Notes under the pieces: model-generated
Told to the model about the DNA's origin: nothing
The model's input: only the letters and a program-made list of their open reading frames with translations
Database searches by the model: none
Shown here: in pieces, positions 54,764-63,695 of the stretch
How positions within the stretch are numbered: the stretch's first letter is position 1
Layout of the letters: each line of letters opens with the position of its first letter
Made by a program: the position numbers and the translations under genes
DNA from: Clostridia bacterium
GTDB taxonomy: Bacteria > Bacillota > Clostridia > UMGS1840
Assembly: GCA_017468465.1 (NCBI GenBank)
Contig: JAFUIN010000001.1
Coordinates: forward strand, 14,425 to 78,424
Direction of reading: 5' to 3'
DNA: 64,000 nucleotides

Positions 54764-57055
54764 ATGGAAAACTCAATGGACATCAGCTTAAAAATTAAGG
54801 AGATGGCATGGCGTATTCGCGAGCTTCGGGAAATTGAAGGCTTTACCCCCGAAGATATGGCGGAAAAGACAGGTGTATCGTTGGAAGACTATCGGAAAAT
54901 GGAAAATGGAGAAGCAGACCTGAACTTTGCTTTTATTTACCGTTGTGCAGAAGTGTTCCGGGTAAACGTTACCGATATTATCGAAGGTACCAGCCCCAAT
55001 CTTCGCTCTTACACAGTGACTCGTGCAGGAGCTGGTCAGCAGATTGCAAAGGCTCATGGCATGGTATATTACAATATGGCACATGCTTTCCGTAACAGAA
55101 TCGCAGAGCCCTTGTATGTTGTAAGCACCTATGATGAAGCAGCACAAAATAAAGACATTGAACTGACCACTCACGAAGGTCAGGAATGTGATATTGTGAT
55201 TGAAGGCAATCTGATGGTGCAAATCGGGGAACATAAAGAAGTGCTTGGCCCCGGCGACAGCATTTACTATAACAGTAGCACTCCCCACGGTATGATTGCT
55301 GTAAATGGAAAAGACTGTAAATTCTACGCGTTTGTGCTTCGTGCCGATGCCGAAGTTGCTGAAAAAGTGGCAGAAGTGGTTCCTACAGAGCAGATTATCG
55401 GCTCCATTCATCGGGATACCAAAGACAGAATTTATCATAAATTTATCGACGTGGTGGAAGACGAACAGGGAACACCTACCTCTATCACCTTCAAAAATAC
55501 AGAAAAGTTCAATTTTGCATTCGATTTGGTGGATGAGCTGTCCAGAAAAGAGCCGGACAAGCTTTGTATGCTCCACATTTCCAAAAACAAAACCGAACGT
55601 CGCTTCACCTTTACCGATATGCGTAAAAAATCCAGCCAGTGTGCTAACTATTTTGCATCCTTGGGGATTAAAAAGGGCGACCGCGTTATGCTCATTTTAA
55701 GACGTCACTATCAGTTCTGGATTGCTATGCTGGGGCTGAATAAGCTGGGTGCTGTTGCCATTCCGGCGGTTGACCAGCTGCACGAGCATGATTTGGAATA
55801 TCGTTTCCAGTCTGCAGGGGTTAGTGCAATTGTTTGTACTGCAGAAGGCGAAGTTTCAAACTATGTTGATATGGCGGCGAAAAATTGCCCCACATTGCAG
55901 CATAAAATGCTGGTTGGCGGCAAAAAAGAGGGCTGGAGAAGCTTTAACGAAGAATATAAACGCTTCAGCACACATTTTGAACGTACCGAAGATTCTCCCT
56001 GCGGTGATGATACCATGCTGATGTATTTCACCTCCGGAACCTCCGGCTATCCGAAAATTGCTACCCATAACTATAAATATCCTTTGGGTCATTTTCATAC
56101 TGCTAAATATTGGCACAATGTAGACCCTGACGGATTGCACTTTACCATTTCCGATACCGGTTGGGCAAAGGCAATGTGGGGCAAATTATACGGTCAGTGG
56201 CTGTGCGAAGCGGCAACCTTTGTATACGATTTTGACCGATTTGATGCAGCAGAAATTCTGCCCATGTTCCAGAAGCATCACATTACCACCTTCTGTGCAC
56301 CGCCTACTATGTTGCGCATGATGATAAAACAGGACATTTCCAAATACGACTTTTCTTCTGTTCGTCATATGACTACCGCTGGAGAAGCACTGAATCCGGA
56401 AGTGTACCGTCAATTTGAAAAAGCAACTGGCTTACAGATTAAAGAAGGTTTCGGTCAGACCGAAAGCACCATGATTATCGGGAACCTGGTTGGTAAGCCT
56501 CATAAAATCGGTGCAATGGGAAAACCGGCACCGATTTACAAGGTAGAGCTTCATAATGCAGACGGTGAACAGGTAAAAACCAGTGAATCCGGCGAAATTG
56601 TTATCAATGTTAAAGACGGCGCACCTTGCGGTCTCTTTACCGGATATTACGGTGACGAAGAAAAAACCAAAGAGGTATGGCACGATGGCTATTATCACAC
56701 CGGTGACGTTGCCTGGTGCGATGAAGACGGATATTATTGGTATGTTGGCCGTGTGGACAATGTTATTAAATCTTCCGGATACAGAATCGGACCCTTTGAA
56801 ATTGAAAGCGTTATTATGGAGCTTCCATATGTTTTGGAATGCGGTGTTTCTGCTGTTCCCGATGAAGTAAGAGGGCAGATTGTAAAAGCCAGCATCGTAT
56901 TGGTTAACGGCACGGAAGGCACAGATGAGCTGAAAAAAGAAATCCAGAATTATGTTAAGGAAAAAACAGCTCCCTATAAGTACCCCAGAATTGTTGAATT
57001 CAAGGAATCGTTGCCCAAAACCGTAAGCGGAAAAATTCAGAGAAACAAATTGTAA
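54764..57055 (+). CDS. Fusion protein: XRE-type HTH + cupin + AMP-forming acyl-CoA synthetase (medium/short-chain ACS-like)
   Basis: N-terminal HTH (IRELREIEGFTPEDMAEKTGVSLEDYRKMENG), cupin (GDSIYYNSSTPHGM), then adenylation motifs YFTSGTSGYPK, EGFGQTES, YYHTGD, GRVDNVIKSSGYRIGPFEIE and PKTVSGKIQR. ATG 54764 lies 9 nt after AAAGGAGGA. Confidence 0.85.
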   Translation: MENSMDISLKIKEMAWRIRELREIEGFTPEDMAEKTGVSLEDYRKMENGEADLNFAFIYRCAEVFRVNVTDIIEGTSPNLRSYTVTRAGAGQQIAKAHGMVYYNMAHAFRNRIAEPLYVVSTYDEAAQNKDIELTTHEGQECDIVIEGNLMVQIGEHKEVLGPGDSIYYNSSTPHGMIAVNGKDCKFYAFVLRADAEVAEKVAEVVPTEQIIGSIHRDTKDRIYHKFIDVVEDEQGTPTSITFKNTEKFNFAFDLVDELSRKEPDKLCMLHISKNKTERRFTFTDMRKKSSQCANYFASLGIKKGDRVMLILRRHYQFWIAMLGLNKLGAVAIPAVDQLHEHDLEYRFQSAGVSAIVCTAEGEVSNYVDMAAKNCPTLQHKMLVGGKKEGWRSFNEEYKRFSTHFERTEDSPCGDDTMLMYFTSGTSGYPKIATHNYKYPLGHFHTAKYWHNVDPDGLHFTISDTGWAKAMWGKLYGQWLCEAATFVYDFDRFDAAEILPMFQKHHITTFCAPPTMLRMMIKQDISKYDFSSVRHMTTAGEALNPEVYRQFEKATGLQIKEGFGQTESTMIIGNLVGKPHKIGAMGKPAPIYKVELHNADGEQVKTSESGEIVINVKDGAPCGLFTGYYGDEEKTKEVWHDGYYHTGDVAWCDEDGYYWYVGRVDNVIKSSGYRIGPFEIESVIMELPYVLECGVSAVPDEVRGQIVKASIVLVNGTEGTDELKKEIQNYVKEKTAPYKYPRIVEFKESLPKTVSGKIQRNKL

Positions 57056-57063
57056 AAAATATA

Positions 57064-57121
57064 AAAAAATGACAATATTTGCTTTGCAAGTATTGTCATT
57101 TTTAATTTTATGTGATATAAT
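57064..57121 (+). repeat. Terminator-promoter cassette, copy B
   Basis: Hairpin ATGACAATATTTGC-TTT-GCAAGTATTGTCAT (57069-57099) plus a T-run. TTGTCA (57093-57098), 17 nt, then TGATATAAT (57113-57121). It terminates the ACS gene and promotes the MFS gene. Confidence 0.8.
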
Positions 57122-57172
57122 GTATTTGGTAATTTTTACAGCCAAAATATCTAACAGCAAAGGAAGAAAAAA

Positions 57173-58495
57173 ATGAACACACAAACGACAAAAAGTTGGC
57201 GCACAAACAAATGGATGAGAGCAGCAATTCCGGCGCTTTTACTGCATTGCAGTATCGGAACCGTTTACTGCTGGTCCATTTTCAGCCAGGAAATTGCAGA
57301 TTATATCGGCTTTTCAAAGGGTGCTACCGAGTGGGCATTCAGCCTTGCGATTTTCTTTTTGGGGATGTCGGCAGCCTTTTTGGGAAATATTGTAGAAAAA
57401 GATATCCATAAATCGTCTTTGATTGCTACCATCTGCTTTGCAATCGGCATGGCGGGAACCGGTGGATTTATCTACTATGGCGGTCTTCATCAGGGAAGTG
57501 TGGTTTCTTTAATCGGCATTTATCTTTGCTATGGCGTCATTATGGGCATCGGCTTGGGAACCGGCTATCTTTCTCCCGTCAAAACGCTGATGATCTGGTT
57601 TAGCGACAAAAAAGGTCTTGCAACCGGCCTTGCAGTTGCAGGCTTTGGTGCAGCAAAAGCGATTGCCAGCCCCATTATGCAGTCAATGCTTTCTTCCATG
57701 GGGGAAAGCGGAATCTACAAAATGTTTTTGATTTTGGCTTGTGTATATTTTGTCATGATGTTTATCGGGCATCTTTTGCTGAAAAAGCCGGACGATTGGC
57801 ATGAGCCTACGGGAGCAGAAAAGAAAGACAGCATCATGACCGTCTTAAAATCCAGACCGATTAGCAACTATGTTGGGATCTGGCTGATGTTCTACATCAA
57901 CATTACATGCGGGCTGGCCCTTTTGTCGCAAGAAAAAATGATTGTAAAATGTATCGGCTTAGCAAGCTTTGTAGGGGTTATTTCTACGGTGTCTGCAATC
58001 TTTAATGCTGTGGGACGTCTTGGCTTTTCTGCTTGGGGCGACAAGATGAAAGACAGAAACACCATCTATAAAATTATTTTTGCTTTCTCTATTTTGTTTA
58101 CTGCCATTGTCATTGTAACAAATGGTATTGCAAACGGCGCAAACAGCGGCTTTTTAGCAGCGTTAGTGCTGATTCTCATTATGTTTGTCAATGCAGGCTA
58201 TGGCGGCGGATTTTCCAATGTTCCCACCTTGCTGTCTGACCATTACGGCATGGGAAGCATCAGCGCAATTCACGGAATCACCCTTTCTGCATGGGCATTT
58301 GCAGGGCTTAGCGGAAATCAGCTTGCTACCTGGATTGTAAATAATTTTGGAAATCCCGTTACACAAAATGGAGTTACGGTGAATCCCCAGGGATACCAGA
58401 TGGTGCTTTATGTTACCATTGCACTTTACATCGTTGCAATGCTTCTGAGTATGTTTTTGGTAAAAAGCAAAGCAGAAGTAAAGCAGAAGGCTTAA
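57173..58495 (+). CDS. MFS transporter (oxalate/formate antiporter-like, OFA family)
   Basis: About 12 TM segments over 440 aa, with N-terminus RWMRAAIPALLLHCSIGTVYCWSIF typical of OFA-type MFS carboxylate transporters (from memory). Confidence 0.75.
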   Translation: MNTQTTKSWRTNKWMRAAIPALLLHCSIGTVYCWSIFSQEIADYIGFSKGATEWAFSLAIFFLGMSAAFLGNIVEKDIHKSSLIATICFAIGMAGTGGFIYYGGLHQGSVVSLIGIYLCYGVIMGIGLGTGYLSPVKTLMIWFSDKKGLATGLAVAGFGAAKAIASPIMQSMLSSMGESGIYKMFLILACVYFVMMFIGHLLLKKPDDWHEPTGAEKKDSIMTVLKSRPISNYVGIWLMFYINITCGLALLSQEKMIVKCIGLASFVGVISTVSAIFNAVGRLGFSAWGDKMKDRNTIYKIIFAFSILFTAIVIVTNGIANGANSGFLAALVLILIMFVNAGYGGGFSNVPTLLSDHYGMGSISAIHGITLSAWAFAGLSGNQLATWIVNNFGNPVTQNGVTVNPQGYQMVLYVTIALYIVAMLLSMFLVKSKAEVKQKA

Positions 58496-58601
58496 TAACT
58501 GCCGGCAAGATACCATTATTTTTGAAAAAACAAATTATTGACATCTAAGGCGAACATTCTGTGTATGATAAATAAATTTAAGATTAAACGGAGGAATCAA
58601 A

Positions 58602-60722
58602 ATGAATCATTTTATTTTCAATAAGGAAAGAATGGATTTCCGCTACAGTTCCGGCACTACCATTTATAATGAAAAACTTTGGGACGGAAGATTGGTGAGT
58701 ATCAATTACTGCGCAACCGGCATGCCTCCCCATGACCACGACTGCGTGATGGAGGCTCCTGTATGTGCTTTCGACTTAGCTGTTGACGGCAAGGACGCCA
58801 CCTTCGGCTGGGAATTTGAAAACTGGGAAACATCGGAGGAAACATCCGGCAGAGCTTATGCAGAACTGACCTTAAAAAATCATAGATTGGCATTACAGAT
58901 GCGCGTGTTGACCTTCTGTGGAGAAAACGGATTTTTCTCCAGACATATTTATCTGAAAAATCTTTCCGATAAACCTCAGTCCATTACCAAAATTTCACCT
59001 CTTTGCGGTACCTTGTGGGAAAAGAAACACGATGTGAAAGATTCGCTGGGTGACTATGATAAATCCTTGGTTTATGTAGGTTGTTTCAAAGATAATCACT
59101 GGGGTGCAGAAGGCAATTTTGATTGGTATAACGTGCCCTATAATGCATGGGTTTCCTTTGGCGGTGAAAACGGAAGAAGCGGTCATGGCCATCCCTTTGC
59201 GATTGCAAAAAATGACCTGTTGGGCGGTTATTTTGTGTGTCAGATGGAATGGGGTGCAAACTGGAAATTCGCATTCAAAAACGATTTTAGAAACTTTGCT
59301 GCAACCGATAACAACGGCTTAAAACCCTATATCCGTGTAAAATTCAATCTGTCTCCCGAAGCACCTGCCCCCATGCGTGTTATGGAAGCAGGAGAAGAAG
59401 TGGAAGCACCCCGCATCCATTTTGGCTTTGGCTACAACGATTTTGACGATACCATTTATGCACTGCATACTTATCAGAGAAAATATCTGTTGCACAGACC
59501 CAATCGTGGTTATGATATGATTTCCTATGACCATTGGGGCTATATGGAACACGAAATGACCGAAGAAAAACTGCTGATCGAAGTGGAACGTGCCGCAAAA
59601 TTAGGCGCAGAAATCTTCGTGATTGATGCCGGCTGGTACGGCAGAGCTGACAAAAACTTCTGGTTAAGTGTTGGCGATTGGCATATGTGTCATCTGGAAA
59701 ATGACTTACATCCCGTTGTAAAACGAGCAAAAGAACTGGGTATGAAATTCGGTCTCTGGGTAGAACCGGAAGCTTGGGGGATTGACAGTTTAGCTCGTGA
59801 AGAACATCCCGGATGGTTGCTTGAGCGTTATGGTCACGGCATTGAAAGAGTAATTGATTTTTCTCATCCTGAAGCAGAAAAGTATATTGAAGATGTGCTT
59901 TGCTCCTTAGTAGAAAAATATGATCTGGATATGATTCGTCTGGACTACAATAATGGTTACATCGGCGAAGGAGGCTTCAATGAAAACGGTGACTATTTAG
60001 AAAACAGTCATTGGCGTAATGTAGAAGCAATTCACAGAATTTTTGACAATATTCATAAAAAATATCCCGATTTACATTTGGAAAACTGTGCTTCCGGTGG
60101 CGGCAGAACGGACCTGGGTATGATGACCAGATTCTCCAAAACGCAGTTCTCCGACTGGTACAAATTCCCCCGTGTTGCACGCACCTTCAACGGAATGTCT
60201 ATGTGCTTACCGCCGGAATGCCTGATGTTTATTTATGGCTCTGCTATGAGCGCATCTGCTTACGGTAATGCAGAATCACAGCTGCAGATGACCGTTCAGG
60301 GAATTCCGCAGTTGTCCGGTGTTGCCCGCTATGAAGAAGAAGTAAATCCCGAGCTGGAAGCGATGATTCAGAAATATCTGAAGCTGTTCAAAGAATATAT
60401 CAGACCCATTCAGAATAAAGTAAAACTCTATCATCATACCCCTGTTGTGGGTGGATTCTCCGGCAGAGGCTGGGTGGTAACCGAAGCAATGCTTCCGGAC
60501 GGCTCCAAAGGATATGTGAATATCAACCGTCTGCCCAATGCAACAGAAGATGTATGGCAGTTAAAGCTGAAGGGTTGCGATTGCACCAAAGATTACATTT
60601 TGACTGACGTTGCTACCGGCAAGCAGTTTGCTGTCAGCGGTTACAGCTTATATACAGAAGGAATGCCCGTTGCATTGGACGGTGCGCTGACCTCTCGTAT
60701 GTTTTTAGTAGAACTGAAATAA
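58602..60722 (+). CDS. Glycoside hydrolase family 36 (alpha-galactosidase-like)
   Basis: FVIDAGWYG, KFGLWVEPE, IRLDYN and ENCASGGGRTD motifs of GH36 (nucleophile and acid/base regions). Confidence 0.8.
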   Translation: MNHFIFNKERMDFRYSSGTTIYNEKLWDGRLVSINYCATGMPPHDHDCVMEAPVCAFDLAVDGKDATFGWEFENWETSEETSGRAYAELTLKNHRLALQMRVLTFCGENGFFSRHIYLKNLSDKPQSITKISPLCGTLWEKKHDVKDSLGDYDKSLVYVGCFKDNHWGAEGNFDWYNVPYNAWVSFGGENGRSGHGHPFAIAKNDLLGGYFVCQMEWGANWKFAFKNDFRNFAATDNNGLKPYIRVKFNLSPEAPAPMRVMEAGEEVEAPRIHFGFGYNDFDDTIYALHTYQRKYLLHRPNRGYDMISYDHWGYMEHEMTEEKLLIEVERAAKLGAEIFVIDAGWYGRADKNFWLSVGDWHMCHLENDLHPVVKRAKELGMKFGLWVEPEAWGIDSLAREEHPGWLLERYGHGIERVIDFSHPEAEKYIEDVLCSLVEKYDLDMIRLDYNNGYIGEGGFNENGDYLENSHWRNVEAIHRIFDNIHKKYPDLHLENCASGGGRTDLGMMTRFSKTQFSDWYKFPRVARTFNGMSMCLPPECLMFIYGSAMSASAYGNAESQLQMTVQGIPQLSGVARYEEEVNPELEAMIQKYLKLFKEYIRPIQNKVKLYHHTPVVGGFSGRGWVVTEAMLPDGSKGYVNINRLPNATEDVWQLKLKGCDCTKDYILTDVATGKQFAVSGYSLYTEGMPVALDGALTSRMFLVELK

Positions 60723-60741
60723 TAATCAAGGAGAATTTACT

Positions 60742-61509
60742 ATGGCATTTTTTGAAGCGAATTTCTACAGTGAATCTTTAGGTCTTCAGACAACCGTAAA
60801 TGTAATTATGCCGCAAAGACACACCGATGGACAAATTGGTGTGGAGGGGAAGGCTGGTAATGCAGAATATAAATGCTTATATTTGCTTCATGGCTTAAGT
60901 GACGACCATTCCATCTGGCTGCGGCGCACCTCCATTGAACGCTATGCTGATGAATACGGCATTTGCGTGGTGATGCCGTTTGGCGGAAAAAGCTTTTATA
61001 CCGATATGAAATATGGGGAACAGTTTTACACCTATATTTCCGAAGAGTTGCCCCGCTTGATGTATGAATTTTTCGGTATTTCCCAAAAGAGAGAAAACAA
61101 CTTCATTGCAGGGCTTTCCATGGGTGGCTATGGGGCTTTGAAAATCGGACTGAAAAATCCGGAAAAATATGCTGCTTGTGCCGGACTTTCTTCGGTTGCG
61201 GATATTCGCAGCTGGACCAAAGGCTGTCCTGATCTGATGGCATCTGTTTTCGGAGCAAATCCGCAAGTTCCCGACTCTGAAGATTTATTCTGTATTGCAG
61301 AAAATGCCGACAAGAATGCACTGAAACCCCGTGTTTATATGGGAGTCGGAACAGAAGATTTCTTATATGAAGATAATGTGCGGCTTCGTGACAAATTCCA
61401 GACCCTTGGGTTTGACTATACCTATCGGGAATCCTCCGGCACACATTGCTGGACTTTCTGGGACGAATACATCCAGTATGTGATGAATTGGATGTTTAAC
61501 GAAAAATAA
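60742..61509 (+). CDS. Esterase family protein (EstA/esterase D-like, PF00756-type)
   Basis: LYLLHGLSDDHSIW, the nucleophile elbow GLSMGGYGA, and C-terminal SGTHCWTFW. It resembles the tributyrin esterase EstA layout. Confidence 0.8.
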   Translation: MAFFEANFYSESLGLQTTVNVIMPQRHTDGQIGVEGKAGNAEYKCLYLLHGLSDDHSIWLRRTSIERYADEYGICVVMPFGGKSFYTDMKYGEQFYTYISEELPRLMYEFFGISQKRENNFIAGLSMGGYGALKIGLKNPEKYAACAGLSSVADIRSWTKGCPDLMASVFGANPQVPDSEDLFCIAENADKNALKPRVYMGVGTEDFLYEDNVRLRDKFQTLGFDYTYRESSGTHCWTFWDEYIQYVMNWMFNEK

Positions 61510-61569
61510 GCTTTTTGTAAGTCGGGGCTGACCGATGAATTGTCGCACAGCATAAGAGGAATATGTTTT

Positions 61570-62727
61570 ATGAAAAAAGTAGTAATTGCCATTGATTCTT
61601 TCAAAGGAAGCCTTTCTACCTTCGGGGCAGGAACGGCAATCGAGGAAGGAATCAGACAAGTATATCCGAATGCCGAGGTAATCATTTCCCCCATTGCTGA
61701 TGGGGGAGAGGGGACTGTAGAAGCGGTTGTTTCTGCTACAGGTGGCGAATTTGTCACCTGTAGCGTTTGCGGTCCTTTGGGGAACAGAATCGCCGCATCC
61801 TATGGCTTTATTTCGCAGACCAAAACTGCCGTGATTGAAATGTCTCAGGCAGCAGGAATCACCTTAATCAGCGATGCTGAGAGAAATCCCTTACATACCA
61901 CCACCTTTGGTGTGGGAGAATTGATTCTGGACGCCATCTCCAAAGGCTGTCGCAATTTTGTGATTGGCATTGGAGGAAGTGCCACCAATGACGGTGGAGT
62001 AGGAATGCTTCAGGCATTGGGCTTTGAATTTTTGAACAAAGACGGAAAACAGGTTTCTTATGGTGCAAAAGGTCTTCAGGAAATTGTTGCAATCAAAACA
62101 GAGAATGCAGTAAAAGAGCTGAAGGAATGCCAATTTTCAGTTGCCTGTGATGTCAAAAATGTGCTCTGCGGAGAAAACGGCTGCAGTGCGGTTTACGGGC
62201 CACAAAAAGGGGCAACACCCGAAATGATTTTAGAAATGGATTCCTGGCTGAAGGATTATGCACGTCTGACAAAAGAGGTTCTTCCTGCTTCGGACGAGAA
62301 TTTTCCCGGTACCGGTGCCGCAGGAGGAATGGGATTTGCACTTCTTTCCTATCTGGATGCAACACTATGCTCCGGTATAGAGCTTGTAATCAGAGAAACC
62401 GGGCTGGAACGTCATATTCCGGATGCCGATGTTGTCATCACCGGTGAAGGACGGTTGGACGGACAGTCCTACATGGGGAAAGCTCCCATTGGTGTGGCAA
62501 AGCTTGCAAAAAAATATGGAAAAACAGTGCTTGCATTTTCGGGCTGTGTAACCGATGATGCAGTACTGTGTAATGAACATGGAATTGATGCATTTTTTCC
62601 CATTGTGAGAAAACCGTGTACTTTGGAAGAAGCGATGGATGTGGAAAATGCTCATAAAAACTTAAGGGACACCGTTTGCCAGGTGTTTCGTTTGCTGAAC
62701 GTGTACGACAATCGTTCAATCAATTAA
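61570..62727 (+). CDS. glxK: Glycerate kinase
   Basis: MKKVVIAIDSFKGSLS, ADGGEGT, IGIGGSATNDGGVGM and ITGEGRLDGQS motifs. The track start at 61540 is over-extended. Confidence 0.9.
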   Translation: MKKVVIAIDSFKGSLSTFGAGTAIEEGIRQVYPNAEVIISPIADGGEGTVEAVVSATGGEFVTCSVCGPLGNRIAASYGFISQTKTAVIEMSQAAGITLISDAERNPLHTTTFGVGELILDAISKGCRNFVIGIGGSATNDGGVGMLQALGFEFLNKDGKQVSYGAKGLQEIVAIKTENAVKELKECQFSVACDVKNVLCGENGCSAVYGPQKGATPEMILEMDSWLKDYARLTKEVLPASDENFPGTGAAGGMGFALLSYLDATLCSGIELVIRETGLERHIPDADVVITGEGRLDGQSYMGKAPIGVAKLAKKYGKTVLAFSGCVTDDAVLCNEHGIDAFFPIVRKPCTLEEAMDVENAHKNLRDTVCQVFRLLNVYDNRSIN

Positions 62728-62774
62728 AAACTATCAGACAACTTGACATAAAACAGCAAAAGGAGATACTGCTT

Positions 62775-63575
62775 ATGAAATGTGAAAAAATCCTGTTAGA
62801 TGAGGGCGTATATTTAGAAACCTACATTGCAGACCAAAACCCTTGGTTCAAAAGAAAAGCAATGCTTGTGATTCCCGGCGGAGGATATGAATTTGTAGAC
62901 AATTTTGTAGAGGGAGACCCTGTTGCACAGGCGTATATTCCCTATGGCTTCAATGCTTTCATATTACGCTACACGGTGGATCGTTCCAAAGCGTTTCCGG
63001 GGCAGCTGATTGAAGCTTCTAAAGCAATGAAATACATTCGTGACCATGCGGAAGAATATGGCATTGACCCCGAAGAGGTTTATGCCATTGGTTTTTCCGC
63101 CGGAGGACATCTGTGCGGTTCGCTGGCGACTATGTGGATGAGAAAAGAAATTCGGGATGCTGTTCCGATGCCTTATGGCTATAATAAGCCAAAGGGAGTC
63201 ATTCTGATGTATCCTGTTATCACAGGCAATCCGGAATTTTCTCATCAGGACAGCTTCCGCAATTTACTTTGCAACAACAATCCCACCGAAGAACAGCTGA
63301 AATCGGTTAGTTTAGAGAATTTTGTAAACGAAGATACCGTGCCTGCCTATATCGCTCACGGCACAGGAGATGACTGTGTGCCCGTTGAAAATTCGCTGAT
63401 TATGGCGAATGCCTATACCAAAGCCAAAGTTCCTTATGAACTGCATATTTATCCTGACAGAAAGCACGGCTTTGGGCTGGGGAACGAAATTACCGGTCAG
63501 AATACCGATTATCACATCGGGGAAAACATTAGTCGTTGGGTGGAAGAAACGGTTATCTGGATGAAAACGCTGTAG
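62775..63575 (+). CDS. Alpha/beta hydrolase (acetyl esterase/lipase-like)
   Basis: VIPGGGY oxyanion region, nucleophile elbow GFSAGGH, and C-terminal GTGDDCVP...HGF. ATG 62775 follows AAAGGAGA. Confidence 0.8.
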   Translation: MKCEKILLDEGVYLETYIADQNPWFKRKAMLVIPGGGYEFVDNFVEGDPVAQAYIPYGFNAFILRYTVDRSKAFPGQLIEASKAMKYIRDHAEEYGIDPEEVYAIGFSAGGHLCGSLATMWMRKEIRDAVPMPYGYNKPKGVILMYPVITGNPEFSHQDSFRNLLCNNNPTEEQLKSVSLENFVNEDTVPAYIAHGTGDDCVPVENSLIMANAYTKAKVPYELHIYPDRKHGFGLGNEITGQNTDYHIGENISRWVEETVIWMKTL

Positions 63576-63695
63576 TTGTTTTTTCTGACATGATACAGTT
63601 GGATGAAGTGTCTGTTTTTTGTGATGCAGGGAATGAAAAAGATGTGAAAAAACACCTTTACTCCCGGCAAAATTTGTTTTAAGTAGGAAACCAAT

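Noticed and set aside
54788-55576. Long antisense ORFs inside the ACS fusion gene (262 aa at 54788..55576 and 250 aa at 56432..57184, both minus strand). Similar cases are 44158..44757 within gdpP, 14283..14819 within PHP paralog 2, and 47805..48341 within tilS.
   Set aside because: They lie entirely opposite well-supported genes with strong motifs. They have low-complexity or odd composition and no RBS or recognisable domains. They are typical shadow ORFs.
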